Below are positions 20,863 to 29,597 of a DNA stretch of 64,000 nt, in pieces. Position 1 is the stretch's first letter. The number at the start of each line of letters is the position of its first letter. The notes under the pieces are model-generated. The model had not been told where the DNA came from, ran no database searches, and saw nothing but the letters and a program-made list of their open reading frames with translations. Origin of the DNA: an uncultured delta proteobacterium. GTDB lineage: Bacteria; Myxococcota_A; Polyangia; Fen-1088. The stretch is from positions 352,001 to 416,000 of the forward strand of contig CAWCMR010000008.1 in NCBI GenBank assembly GCA_963796685.1. Direction: 5' to 3'. Made by a program: the position numbers and the translations under genes.

Positions 20863-23251
20863 CTACCCGGTCGCATTCGGAGCGCCGGGTATCGAGCCGC
20901 GCTGGACGTCGAGCGCCAAGCAAGGCCTGGGTACCGCCTACCACACGAGCTGTCGGGTATGGTTCACCCTCAGCCATGGCATCGTGAACGAGATCTACTA
21001 CCCCACCGTCGACCAACCCAACACGCGCGACCTGCAGTTTCTCATCACCGACGGGAAGACCTTTTGCCACGAAGAAAAACGGGATCTCGAGCACCAGGTC
21101 GATTACCCGGAACGCGATTGCATCTTCTATCGCATCACGAATACGGAACCGGGTGGCCGCTACCGTCTCGTCAAACACATCCTCGCCGACCCGCACCGCT
21201 CGGTGGTGCTCATACGCACGCAACTCGAGGTGGTCGACAAGTCGCTGGCTGGGAAATTGCGTCTTTACGCCCTGCTGGCCCCGCACCTGGCGCGTGCCGG
21301 CGCGGGCAACTTTGGTTGGTGTTCCGAAATAAGCGGCAACAACCTTCTCCACGCGCAGCGCAAGAACGTTCATCTGGTGATGGGGTGCAGCGGAAGCTTC
21401 GCGCGGCGATCCGTCGGCTATGTCGGCGCCAGCGACGGCTGGCAGGATCTGATGAAGGGCTTCGAGATGGACTGGGAATTCCGTGCGGCAGGGCCAGGCA
21501 ACCTCGCGCTGACGGGCGAAATCGTCGTGCGAGATGGGCAGCCCTTTACCGTCGCGATCGCCCTTGGAAATAGCTGTCAGAGCACGGTGACCAAGTTGCT
21601 GCACTCCCTGGCAGAGCCGTTCGAGGCGCACCATGCAGCCTACATTCGTCAATGGCAGCGCACGGTGGCCAAGTCGGAGTTCGACTTCAGCGCGCACACG
21701 ACGGACGGCGGACACCTGTATCGGCTCAGCCGCTGCATCCTGCTCGCTCACGAGGACAAGACTTTCCAAGGCGCCCTGGTGGCGTCCATGAGCATCCCAT
21801 GGGGCGAGACGAAGAGCGACGACGACCTCGGCGGCTATCACCTGGTATGGATCCGCGATCTGGTGCAAAGCGCGACCGCGCTCCTGGCGGGCGGGCAGAC
21901 CGGGACGGCGCTCGGCGCCTTGGTCTGGCTGGCCGCCATTCAGGGCGAAGACGGCGCGTTCCCACAAAACAGTTGGATCGATGGCAACGCGTACTGGCCG
22001 GGCGTTCAGCTCGATGAAATCGCCGCGCCTGTCCTGCTGGCGTGGCGCTTGCGCCGCGAAGGCGTCTCACTGGGCAGCTTCGATCCTTGGGTCATGATCC
22101 TGCGTGCGGCAGGCTACCTCATTCGACAGGGCCCGGTGACCTCCCAGGAGCGCTGGGAGGAGAATGCCGGCTTTTCGCCATCGACGCTGGCCACGGTCAT
22201 TGCCGGGCTGGTTTGTGCCGCGGAGCTCGCCAAGGAACGCCATGAAGCGACCATCGCCGCGTTTCTCCTGCAGCATGCGGACTGGCTGGCAGCCCACGTG
22301 GAAGAGTGGACGGTCACGACCAAAGGGGAGATGGTCGAGGGTTTTCCGCGCCACTACATCCGCATCAACCCCACCGATTCGAAGAGCCCCGATCCGCATG
22401 CCGACCCGAACCTCACCATGCTCTCGGTCCTCAACGGCGGGGGCAGCCATCCGGCCAGAAACGTCGTGGGCGGTGATTTCCTTCACCTTGTGCGGCTTGG
22501 CATTCGCGCGGCGGACGATCCTACCGTGTGTGATTCCATCGTGGTCGCAGATCGCTTGCTCAAGGTCGAGCTGCCGCAAGGCCCGTGCTGGCGCCGCTAC
22601 AATCACGATGGCTACGGACAGAAAGAGGATGGCGGTGCCTTCGACGGTACGGGCACCGGCCGCTGCTGGCCGATCCTGACGGGAGAACGTGGCCACTACG
22701 AGCTCGCCGCCGGGCGCGATGCCAAGCCCTTCATTGCCGCCATGGAGAGCTTCGCCAATGAAGGGGGCATGCTCAGCGAGCAGGTGTGGGACGGCGCGGA
22801 CTTGCCGGAGAAGGGGATGAAGCGCGGGCGGCCCACCGGCGCGGCCATGCCGCTTTGCTGGTCGCATGCGGAATATGTCTCGCTCGTGCGCAGTGCCCAC
22901 GATGGCGTGTGTTTCGATCGCGTCGAGCCGGCCTTCCAGCGCTACGTCACCCAGCGCACCACCCATTCGCACGAGATGTGGAGCGCTCGCCATCCCATTC
23001 GCCGCATGGCATGTGGCCGAATTCTGCGCCTCATCGTTGTGGAAGACGCGGACATCGTGTGGACTGCCAACAACTGGGCCAGCATGAACACGACGAAGAC
23101 GACGGCGATGGAAGAGCTCGGCCTGTGGTTCGCCGATCTTCCCACCGAGAGCTGCCCGGAAGGCTCCTCCATCGAATTCACGCTCTTTTGGAAAGAGGTC
23201 GGGCGCTGGGAGGGCAGAAACTATACCGTCGCTGTCGGCAAAGCGACATGA
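20852..23251 (+). CDS. Glucoamylase / glucodextranase (GH15) with C-terminal extension
   Basis: AAGGAG then TTG 20852; FTLSHGIVNEIYYP, YHLVW.RD, ERWEE, RYNHDGYG, PLCWSHAEY. Confidence 0.88.
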   Translation: MSTNYPVAFGAPGIEPRWTSSAKQGLGTAYHTSCRVWFTLSHGIVNEIYYPTVDQPNTRDLQFLITDGKTFCHEEKRDLEHQVDYPERDCIFYRITNTEPGGRYRLVKHILADPHRSVVLIRTQLEVVDKSLAGKLRLYALLAPHLARAGAGNFGWCSEISGNNLLHAQRKNVHLVMGCSGSFARRSVGYVGASDGWQDLMKGFEMDWEFRAAGPGNLALTGEIVVRDGQPFTVAIALGNSCQSTVTKLLHSLAEPFEAHHAAYIRQWQRTVAKSEFDFSAHTTDGGHLYRLSRCILLAHEDKTFQGALVASMSIPWGETKSDDDLGGYHLVWIRDLVQSATALLAGGQTGTALGALVWLAAIQGEDGAFPQNSWIDGNAYWPGVQLDEIAAPVLLAWRLRREGVSLGSFDPWVMILRAAGYLIRQGPVTSQERWEENAGFSPSTLATVIAGLVCAAELAKERHEATIAAFLLQHADWLAAHVEEWTVTTKGEMVEGFPRHYIRINPTDSKSPDPHADPNLTMLSVLNGGGSHPARNVVGGDFLHLVRLGIRAADDPTVCDSIVVADRLLKVELPQGPCWRRYNHDGYGQKEDGGAFDGTGTGRCWPILTGERGHYELAAGRDAKPFIAAMESFANEGGMLSEQVWDGADLPEKGMKRGRPTGAAMPLCWSHAEYVSLVRSAHDGVCFDRVEPAFQRYVTQRTTHSHEMWSARHPIRRMACGRILRLIVVEDADIVWTANNWASMNTTKTTAMEELGLWFADLPTESCPEGSSIEFTLFWKEVGRWEGRNYTVAVGKAT

Positions 23252-23261
23252 CGCCTACGGC

Positions 23262-24206
23262 TCAGGTCGCTCCGAAATGCTCCGCGGCCTTGGCAAGCGT
23301 CATGAAGGTCGCGCCGGCATTGCGCGCCTCGGTCAGAGTGGCCTCCAGCGCCGCGAGCTTGCGCTCGAGCGACACGCGCAGATCCGGCTGTCGCGCTACC
23401 AGCGCGGGCGAGAGCCCGTCCGCGGACGCGTCGCAAAGGTCGATGCCGTGCAGTTCCAGATTGAAGTGCCGGGTGGTCAGGGCCGCCGCCACCAACCGGC
23501 GGCGCAACCACTCGGGCGAGATGACGAGGGTCGTGCCGATGACGTGCAGACGAAGCCAGGGCGTCACGGTGACCGGCAGCTCGATGATGGGCAGGCTCCC
23601 CCGGCGGTAGGGCGCCCCGGCGGCCGGTCGATACGGCGCGCACGGGGCAACGAGAACACGCGGACTGCCGAGGATGCTGCCCGACCTGCGCCCGGCCAAG
23701 CGCAAGCCTGCCATGACGGCGGCCTTGGCCAGATAGTAAGGAATGGCGGGGAACGCCGACGAGTCGTAGCGGTAGCCGCGCTGGCAAAGCACATCGACCA
23801 GCTCCGCGGATATCTCGTACCCGGGCGCGCGGAAACCCACAGGGGCAACGCCGCTCGTGTTCCCGATGGCAGCGTGGGCTCGCTCGATCTCGGCGGCGAT
23901 CTTGTCCCGTCCCAGGCGAACGAGGTCGTAGGGGTGGGAGTAGGAATGGCTGGCGATCTCGTGTCCCGCCCTGGCCAGGCCCGCGACGATGCTCCTGCCC
24001 TCCGAATCTTCCTCCAAATCGCGTCCCACCGTGAACAAGGTCGCGGCGATGCCGTGGCGGGCAAACAGCTCGCCGAGCCGCGGCAGCGCCCGCCGCAGGA
24101 TCGCGAAGCGTGCCTCGCCCGACGGTCCGTCCCCCAGAGCGTGAATACGGTGGTAGCACTCGACCGCGTCGAGGTCGACGGAAACCGAAACCAGCGAAGA
24201 CGTCAC
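23262..24206 (-). CDS. Polysaccharide deacetylase family protein
   Basis: SVDLD, ATLF, HEIASHSYSH, GFRAPG, YDSS; start placed at GTG 24206. Confidence 0.85.
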   Translation of the reverse strand: MTSSLVSVSVDLDAVECYHRIHALGDGPSGEARFAILRRALPRLGELFARHGIAATLFTVGRDLEEDSEGRSIVAGLARAGHEIASHSYSHPYDLVRLGRDKIAAEIERAHAAIGNTSGVAPVGFRAPGYEISAELVDVLCQRGYRYDSSAFPAIPYYLAKAAVMAGLRLAGRRSGSILGSPRVLVAPCAPYRPAAGAPYRRGSLPIIELPVTVTPWLRLHVIGTTLVISPEWLRRRLVAAALTTRHFNLELHGIDLCDASADGLSPALVARQPDLRVSLERKLAALEATLTEARNAGATFMTLAKAAEHFGAT

Positions 24207-24237
24207 GCCCGAATCGTAGACGGCGGCCGGGCAAAGC

Positions 24238-25734
24238 TCAAGGCATGGAAATCCCGATGTCCGCCGCAGAGGCCTTCGCCGCCGGCAGCAGAATCGTGAA
24301 CGTGGTGCCGTCCCCGGGTGGGCAGTCGACCTCGATGCGCCCGCCGTGCTCGTTGACAATCTGTTGAACCAGCGCCAGCCCAAGACCGGTGCCCTTCGCC
24401 TTGGTGGAAAAGAACGGCTCGAAGATGTTGGCCAGGTTTTCGGGCGGGATGCCGGGACCGCTGTCAGCGAGAGCCAAGCGTACCTGCCCGTCCGTGGCCT
24501 TGCCCACCTCGAGGCGAATGCGGCCGCCTCCCGGCATCGCCTCCTTGGCGTTGCGCACGAGGTTCAGCAACGCCTGCCGAAGCTGGCTCTCGTCCACCAC
24601 CACCTCGGGCAAGTCGGGCTCGACGTCGACGGTCCAGGTGATTCCTGCCAGGGCGAGCTCGCCGCCGGCGAACTCCAACACCGACGTCGCGATGGCGCCC
24701 AGGTCCTCGCGTTCGAGCTTGGGCTTGGGCAGGCGAACGAAGCGCAGGTAGGTTTCCGTGATCTCGCTCAACCGGTCTACCTCCTTGCCGATGGATGTGA
24801 CCAGCTTGTGTGCCTCCTGATTGTCGGCCCCGACCTCGTCGCCCAGCAGCTCGACGTTGAGCCCGAGCGAGGCCAACGGATTGCGAATCTCGTGCGTGAT
24901 GTGCGCCGCCATGCGGCCGACGGTGGCCAGGCGCTCGGAGCGGATCAGCCGGTGCTCGCGTTCCTCGATGGCCGCGGCCATCGCATCGAATTCGCGCGCC
25001 AGATCGCCGATCTCGTCGCGCGAGGAGATCCCGGTGCGCCGGACGTAGTCGCCGCCGCCAATCTGTCTCGTATGTTCGCGCAGCACGCTCAAGGGGCGCA
25101 AAGTTCGCACCATTACCAAAGCCGCCCCCACGGCGACGAGCAAGCCGAGCCCGCTCAGCGCGAAGGCAATCTCCACCGCCCGACGCTCGCTGTCCGAGAG
25201 CTGCTCGGCGACGTGCTTGCCCTGGCCGCGCAGATTGTTCTTGAGCCCGTGAAACCGGCTGAGCAGGTTGGCCAGGCTGCGGTCGGCTTCCGCGCTGTCG
25301 CCCGCAGCGATCTCGCTGCTGCCAAGCGCCGCCGCGGCACCCACCACGCGCGCATCGAGATCGGCGATGTCGCGTTTGTAGCCGGCAAACTCGTCGCGAC
25401 GGGAGGGGTTGGCCTCCTCCTTGAAGTAGCGGTCGATGGCGTCGAGCGCGTCCTTCAGATTTTGCCGCGCCGACGCGATGCCGTTCTGCGCGGCCACGCG
25501 ACTGGTCAGTCCCAGCGTCGAGCCCGTTCCCTCCGCGGCGCGCATCTTGGCAAAGTCCTCGAGGGATCGTAGCGAGGCATCGACCGCCACCTGAACCTCC
25601 AATCGACGTTGATTGGCCGCGAGCTCCTGCCGCCCTCTGCGGAGATAGAGCAGCGTGAACAGGCTGCTCGCCGCAAGCATTCCGAGGAGAACGGCATACG
25701 CAATGAGGATTTTGGCAGACACGCCGAGGCGCAT
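24238..25734 (-). CDS. Membrane HAMP-domain sensor histidine kinase
   Basis: Two TM helices, DEIGDLAREFD HAMP, HEIRNP, NLVRNA, DSGPG, GTGLGL. Confidence 0.92.
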   Translation of the reverse strand: MRLGVSAKILIAYAVLLGMLAASSLFTLLYLRRGRQELAANQRRLEVQVAVDASLRSLEDFAKMRAAEGTGSTLGLTSRVAAQNGIASARQNLKDALDAIDRYFKEEANPSRRDEFAGYKRDIADLDARVVGAAAALGSSEIAAGDSAEADRSLANLLSRFHGLKNNLRGQGKHVAEQLSDSERRAVEIAFALSGLGLLVAVGAALVMVRTLRPLSVLREHTRQIGGGDYVRRTGISSRDEIGDLAREFDAMAAAIEEREHRLIRSERLATVGRMAAHITHEIRNPLASLGLNVELLGDEVGADNQEAHKLVTSIGKEVDRLSEITETYLRFVRLPKPKLEREDLGAIATSVLEFAGGELALAGITWTVDVEPDLPEVVVDESQLRQALLNLVRNAKEAMPGGGRIRLEVGKATDGQVRLALADSGPGIPPENLANIFEPFFSTKAKGTGLGLALVQQIVNEHGGRIEVDCPPGDGTTFTILLPAAKASAADIGISMP

Positions 25735-25844
25735 GGAGCGGATACGCTAACACAGGCACAGCGCGCCAGGCGGCGCGAGCTACGCAAACAAGATCGTGCC
25801 TACATTGACATTACCCAAGGGGTGGGAAAACATCGTCGGAAGTC

Positions 25845-27086
25845 ATGGAACACACTGCTCACCGGGTATCCTCATTGTCGGCACTGGGTCTGTTTGCCGG
25901 CTTGCTCCTCATGAGCCCAGCGGTCCTGGCTGGCGACGTGACCCTTTCGGTCCTCGGGTTGGAGCCCGCGGCGGGTGCGCCCGAGGCGGTTGCGACCGCG
26001 GTGACGGAAGCCCTGCGACAGCGCGTGGCCGGGGCGCCCGGCTATCGACTGGTCCCGGGCAAGGATCTGGTCGAGGTGAAGCTCGTGTTCAGCTGCGCCG
26101 ACGAGGCGCCGGCCTGCATGACCCAGGCAGCGCAGAGTATCGGCTCGGCCAAGATCATCTTTGGCAACGTGCAGCCGGTAGGCACGGACGCCTATCTGGT
26201 CACGCTCAAGCTTCTCGACGCCGCGCGCGGCGTGGTCGAGTCGTGGACGTCCGAGCAAATCACCAAGGCACAGGCGACGCCCATAGGGCTGCGGGCGCCG
26301 GTGCAAAAGTGGTTCGCCGCGCTCACCGGACAGGCTCAGCCAGGGACGATCAAGGTGGTGGGCGGCGTGATCGGCGGGTCGGTTTGGCTCGATGGAGCGC
26401 AGGCAGGTCTGCTCGGCACCGACGGCCTGACCTTGGCCGGCGTCGGCGCCGGACCGCACCAAATCACCGTCAGCAAGAGCGGCTACGAGAAGTGGGAACG
26501 GACCGTGAACCTGGCCTCGGGCGCGACCGAAAAGGTGCAGGTGCAGCTCAAGGCCATCGAGGGAGCCACGGGCGCGTCGCCCGCAGCCGAGGTCGTGGCC
26601 GCCCCCGCCGCCCCCGTCGAGAGCGAGCCCGTGGCCACGGTCGAACCCTTCAACCAGGGCTCGCGCATCGGCGCCTGGGCGACCATGGGTCTGGGGCTCG
26701 TCGCCGTGGGCCTGGGTGGCTATTCGAGCTACAAGGTGACCAGCATCAACAGCAATCTCGACAAATTTCGCCGCTATCCGTGCGCAAGTGGCGGCGCCCC
26801 GAACTGCGCGGCGGACGGCAAGACCGGCCTGCAGCCGTTGGACCAGATACCGGGAGCCACCGAGTACGTGAGCAGCCAGAAAAGCACGGGCGATACCTAC
26901 ACCAAGCTGCAGTGGGTGGGTTACGGCGTGGGCGGCGCACTGCTGGTTACCTCGGGCGTGCTCATCTATCGTGGCTATTTCGCCCAGCCGACAACCGTGG
27001 CCTCGCGCAAGAGCCGCAGCACCTTCGTCGTGCTCCCTGCCGTCGCGCCGGGCAACATCGGTGCCCTCGCGTACGTGTCATTTTGA
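25845..27086 (+). CDS. Secreted PEGA-domain protein
   Basis: Signal peptide, VWLDG..GPHQITVSKSGY PEGA motif, hydrophobic C-terminal segments ending in F; the TGA lies in the first array unit. Confidence 0.8.
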   Translation: MEHTAHRVSSLSALGLFAGLLLMSPAVLAGDVTLSVLGLEPAAGAPEAVATAVTEALRQRVAGAPGYRLVPGKDLVEVKLVFSCADEAPACMTQAAQSIGSAKIIFGNVQPVGTDAYLVTLKLLDAARGVVESWTSEQITKAQATPIGLRAPVQKWFAALTGQAQPGTIKVVGGVIGGSVWLDGAQAGLLGTDGLTLAGVGAGPHQITVSKSGYEKWERTVNLASGATEKVQVQLKAIEGATGASPAAEVVAAPAAPVESEPVATVEPFNQGSRIGAWATMGLGLVAVGLGGYSSYKVTSINSNLDKFRRYPCASGGAPNCAADGKTGLQPLDQIPGATEYVSSQKSTGDTYTKLQWVGYGVGGALLVTSGVLIYRGYFAQPTTVASRKSRSTFVVLPAVAPGNIGALAYVSF

Positions 27087-27443
27087 AAAGGACCCTCGGA
27101 GGGTCCTTTAAATCCCCCGCGAAGAGCTCCGTCGGGCTTAGCCCGACTGCGCTCACGCGTTTTGAAAAGAACCCTCGGAGGGTCCTTTAAATCCCCCGCG
27201 AAGAGCTCCGTCGGGCTTAGCCCGACTGCGCTCACGCGTTTTGAAAAGAACCCTCGGAGGGTCCTTTAGATCCCCCGCGAAGAGCCTCCGTCGGGCTTAG
27301 CCCGACTGCGCTCACGCGTTTTGAAAAGAACCCTCGGAGGGTCCTTTAGATCCCCCGCGAAGAGCTCCGTCGGGCTTAGCCCGACTGCGCTCACGCGTTT
27401 TGAAAAGAACCCTCGGAGGGTCCTTTAGATCCCCCGCGAAGAG

Positions 27444-29518
27444 GTCGAGTAGCCAGGGGAGGTTACCCTCCCCCAGCTCTCACAGAACCGGACTTGTGGG
27501 CCTCACATCCGGCTCTTCGGGACGCTGGCGTTCGGGAGCGACCCGTAGTCCAGCGCCGGCATTGCTGCCCGCAGCTATCCTGGCTCCAGGGCCGGGTCCA
27601 TGAAGTCCAAGGCGTGATGGTCCTTCCACCGCTCGGCCAGGCTGACAAGCCCGCGTTCGGCAAAATATGCGTTGCGCAGTCCTCGTTCAACTACCGATGT
27701 GTGGCTCAGCGCCCACCAGGAGCGATGCCCCTTGTAGACCCCTTGCCACGCGGTTTTCGGTCTCACCCCCAGGCTGATGAGGTGTCGTGCGATGAAGCGT
27801 CTGCGTTTCCAGTGCCGTAGCACTATCGCTCGCAGCCGCCGCCTGATGTGTGCGTCGAGTGCCTGCAGCGTCCGCTCTTCCGCGGCCGTGCAGATACAGA
27901 AGAAGCCGATCCATCCGAGCAAATACGCGTTGACCTGTTTGATGCAGCCCTTGAGGGACTGCCCAAGGTTTCGCGGCGTCAGCTCTCGGACCTTCTCGTC
28001 AATGCGGCTTTTGCTCCGCGCCGACAGCAGCACCTCCGCTTCCCCCGTCAGCGGCTCGCGCCGCAGCCGGAATCCCAGAAAGTGCCGCTCTTCCGGTCGG
28101 GCCACCGCGCTCTTGGCCAAGTTCACCTTCAACCGCATCCGGCCTTCGATGAACTTGACCACGCTGGCCATCACACGCTGACCCGAGCGCTCGCTTCCGA
28201 CGTAGATGTTGCAGTCGTCCGCATAGCGCACGAAGCGGTGACCGCGTTGGGCAAGCTCGCGGTCGAGCTCGTCCAGCACGATATTGCTCAGTAACGGCGA
28301 AAGCGGACCACCTTGTGGCACTCCTTCTTCCGTCGCCACCACCACTCCGTCGGGCATCACCACCTTGGCTTTCAGCATCTGCCAGATGAGCTCGATGAGC
28401 CGCCGGTCCTTAACCCTCTGTTCTAGCCGCGCCACCAGCCGTTGCCAGTGGACCCGGTCAAAGAACTTTTCCAGGTCGAGGTCGACCACCCATTCGTACC
28501 CTTCCTCCAGATACTGCTTGGCCTCGGCGATGGCCGTGTGACAGCTGCGCCCAGGTCGGAAACCGTGGCTCGACGGGTGAAACGTCGGCTCATAATGCGG
28601 ACCGAGCACTTGGTGCACGGCCTGCTGAACCACGCGGTCCACCACGTTCGGTATGCCAAGGCCCCGCCGCCCGCCACCGCTCTTCGGTATCCATACCCGC
28701 CGGATGTCTCCGACTCGGTATGTCCCGTCGAGCAGCGACCGCGACAGCGCCGGTATCAGCGTCCCCAACCCCTTCGCCACTTCCCCCACGCTTTGCCGGT
28801 CCGGTCCAGGTGCGCCTTTGTTGGCCTTCACTTGCTCGAACGCTCTTTTCAGGTTTCCTTCGCTCGCTACCTCCTCCATCGTCATGGGCGGCAAGGTCCT
28901 CTCTTCCTCGTTCCCCGACTTCGGCACCTCGCTCCGCGCAGGCACGGGTTGGCCCGGATCCGCTTGGGCGGTGGTCCCTTTCGGGTTGTCGGCTGTCTCG
29001 GGAAACAGTCCGAGCTGCCTTGCCTCTTTGCTGGCCGTGGTCGCCTTCCCTCCCCGCCTTCTGGCGGTTGGAACCGGCTTTCGCCGGCCTTCCGGTATTA
29101 CGCGACCATCCGACTCCTCTTGTCCCTTCTTCATCTCGTCCTTTCGTTCTCGATGAATTCCGCTTGCGATTCCTCGCCGCGGAGGCCAAGAGGTCTCTCC
29201 GGGTAAGAACGCAGAACTTCGCACCGACTCCGTCGCCACTACGCGGGCCGCCCGACGAATATTGGGCTTTGCCGCCGAAGGCCAGCTTGCCCAGCGGTAC
29301 CCACGCCTTACGGCGCTTCACTTTCGTTCGGTTCGGCGCTGCACCATAGACTTCCACCAGACACCTCCTCGCGGGAGACGGGCCTTGCGGCCCGTCTGGC
29401 CTGGTGCTCCAGACCGGCGCCCTTGTCTCGTAGGTGGGAGGTTCCCTCCGTCAGGGTCCCCAGAGGACTTGGCTATTTCATGGCTTCACCTCTTGTTCTG
29501 CGTCCATGCCGGACGCAC
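27444..29518 (-). mobile_element. Group II intron, class IIC, copy 1 (2075 nt)
   Basis: 5' end GTGCGTCCGGCATGG, IIC-like GCGTTCTTACCCGGAGAG, domain V GAGCCGGATGTGAGGCCCACAAGTCCGGTTC, domain VI ending CTACTCGAC; removing it restores an intact 79-bp unit. Confidence 0.93.
27575..28885 (-). CDS. ltrA: Group II intron reverse transcriptase/maturase without endonuclease domain (copy 1)
   Basis: NKGAPG.D, RGLGIP..DR, GFRPGRS, DLEKFFD, PQGGPLSPLLSN, RYADD, maturase X domain, class C-like tail; frame is open to 29239, likely start MTMEEV. Confidence 0.93.
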   Translation of the reverse strand: MTMEEVASEGNLKRAFEQVKANKGAPGPDRQSVGEVAKGLGTLIPALSRSLLDGTYRVGDIRRVWIPKSGGGRRGLGIPNVVDRVVQQAVHQVLGPHYEPTFHPSSHGFRPGRSCHTAIAEAKQYLEEGYEWVVDLDLEKFFDRVHWQRLVARLEQRVKDRRLIELIWQMLKAKVVMPDGVVVATEEGVPQGGPLSPLLSNIVLDELDRELAQRGHRFVRYADDCNIYVGSERSGQRVMASVVKFIEGRMRLKVNLAKSAVARPEERHFLGFRLRREPLTGEAEVLLSARSKSRIDEKVRELTPRNLGQSLKGCIKQVNAYLLGWIGFFCICTAAEERTLQALDAHIRRRLRAIVLRHWKRRRFIARHLISLGVRPKTAWQGVYKGHRSWWALSHTSVVERGLRNAYFAERGLVSLAERWKDHHALDFMDPALEPG

Positions 29519-29597
29519 CTCCGTCGGGCTTAGCCCGACTGCGCTCACGCGTTTTGAAAAGAACCCTCGGAGGGTCCTTTAAATCCCCCGCGAAGAG

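Noticed and set aside
27081-27443. Integron attC cassette array
   Set aside because: No RYYYAAC/GTTRRRY cores, no cassette ORFs between the units and no integrase.
26962-27603. Small ORFs translating the 79-bp repeat
   Set aside because: The unit length is not a multiple of 3 and the peptides are frame-shifting read-throughs of the repeat.
28886-29239. 118-aa N-terminal extension of the RT as called by the ORF track
   Set aside because: It overlaps intron RNA domains I-IV; RT homology begins near MTMEEV. The exact start remains uncertain.
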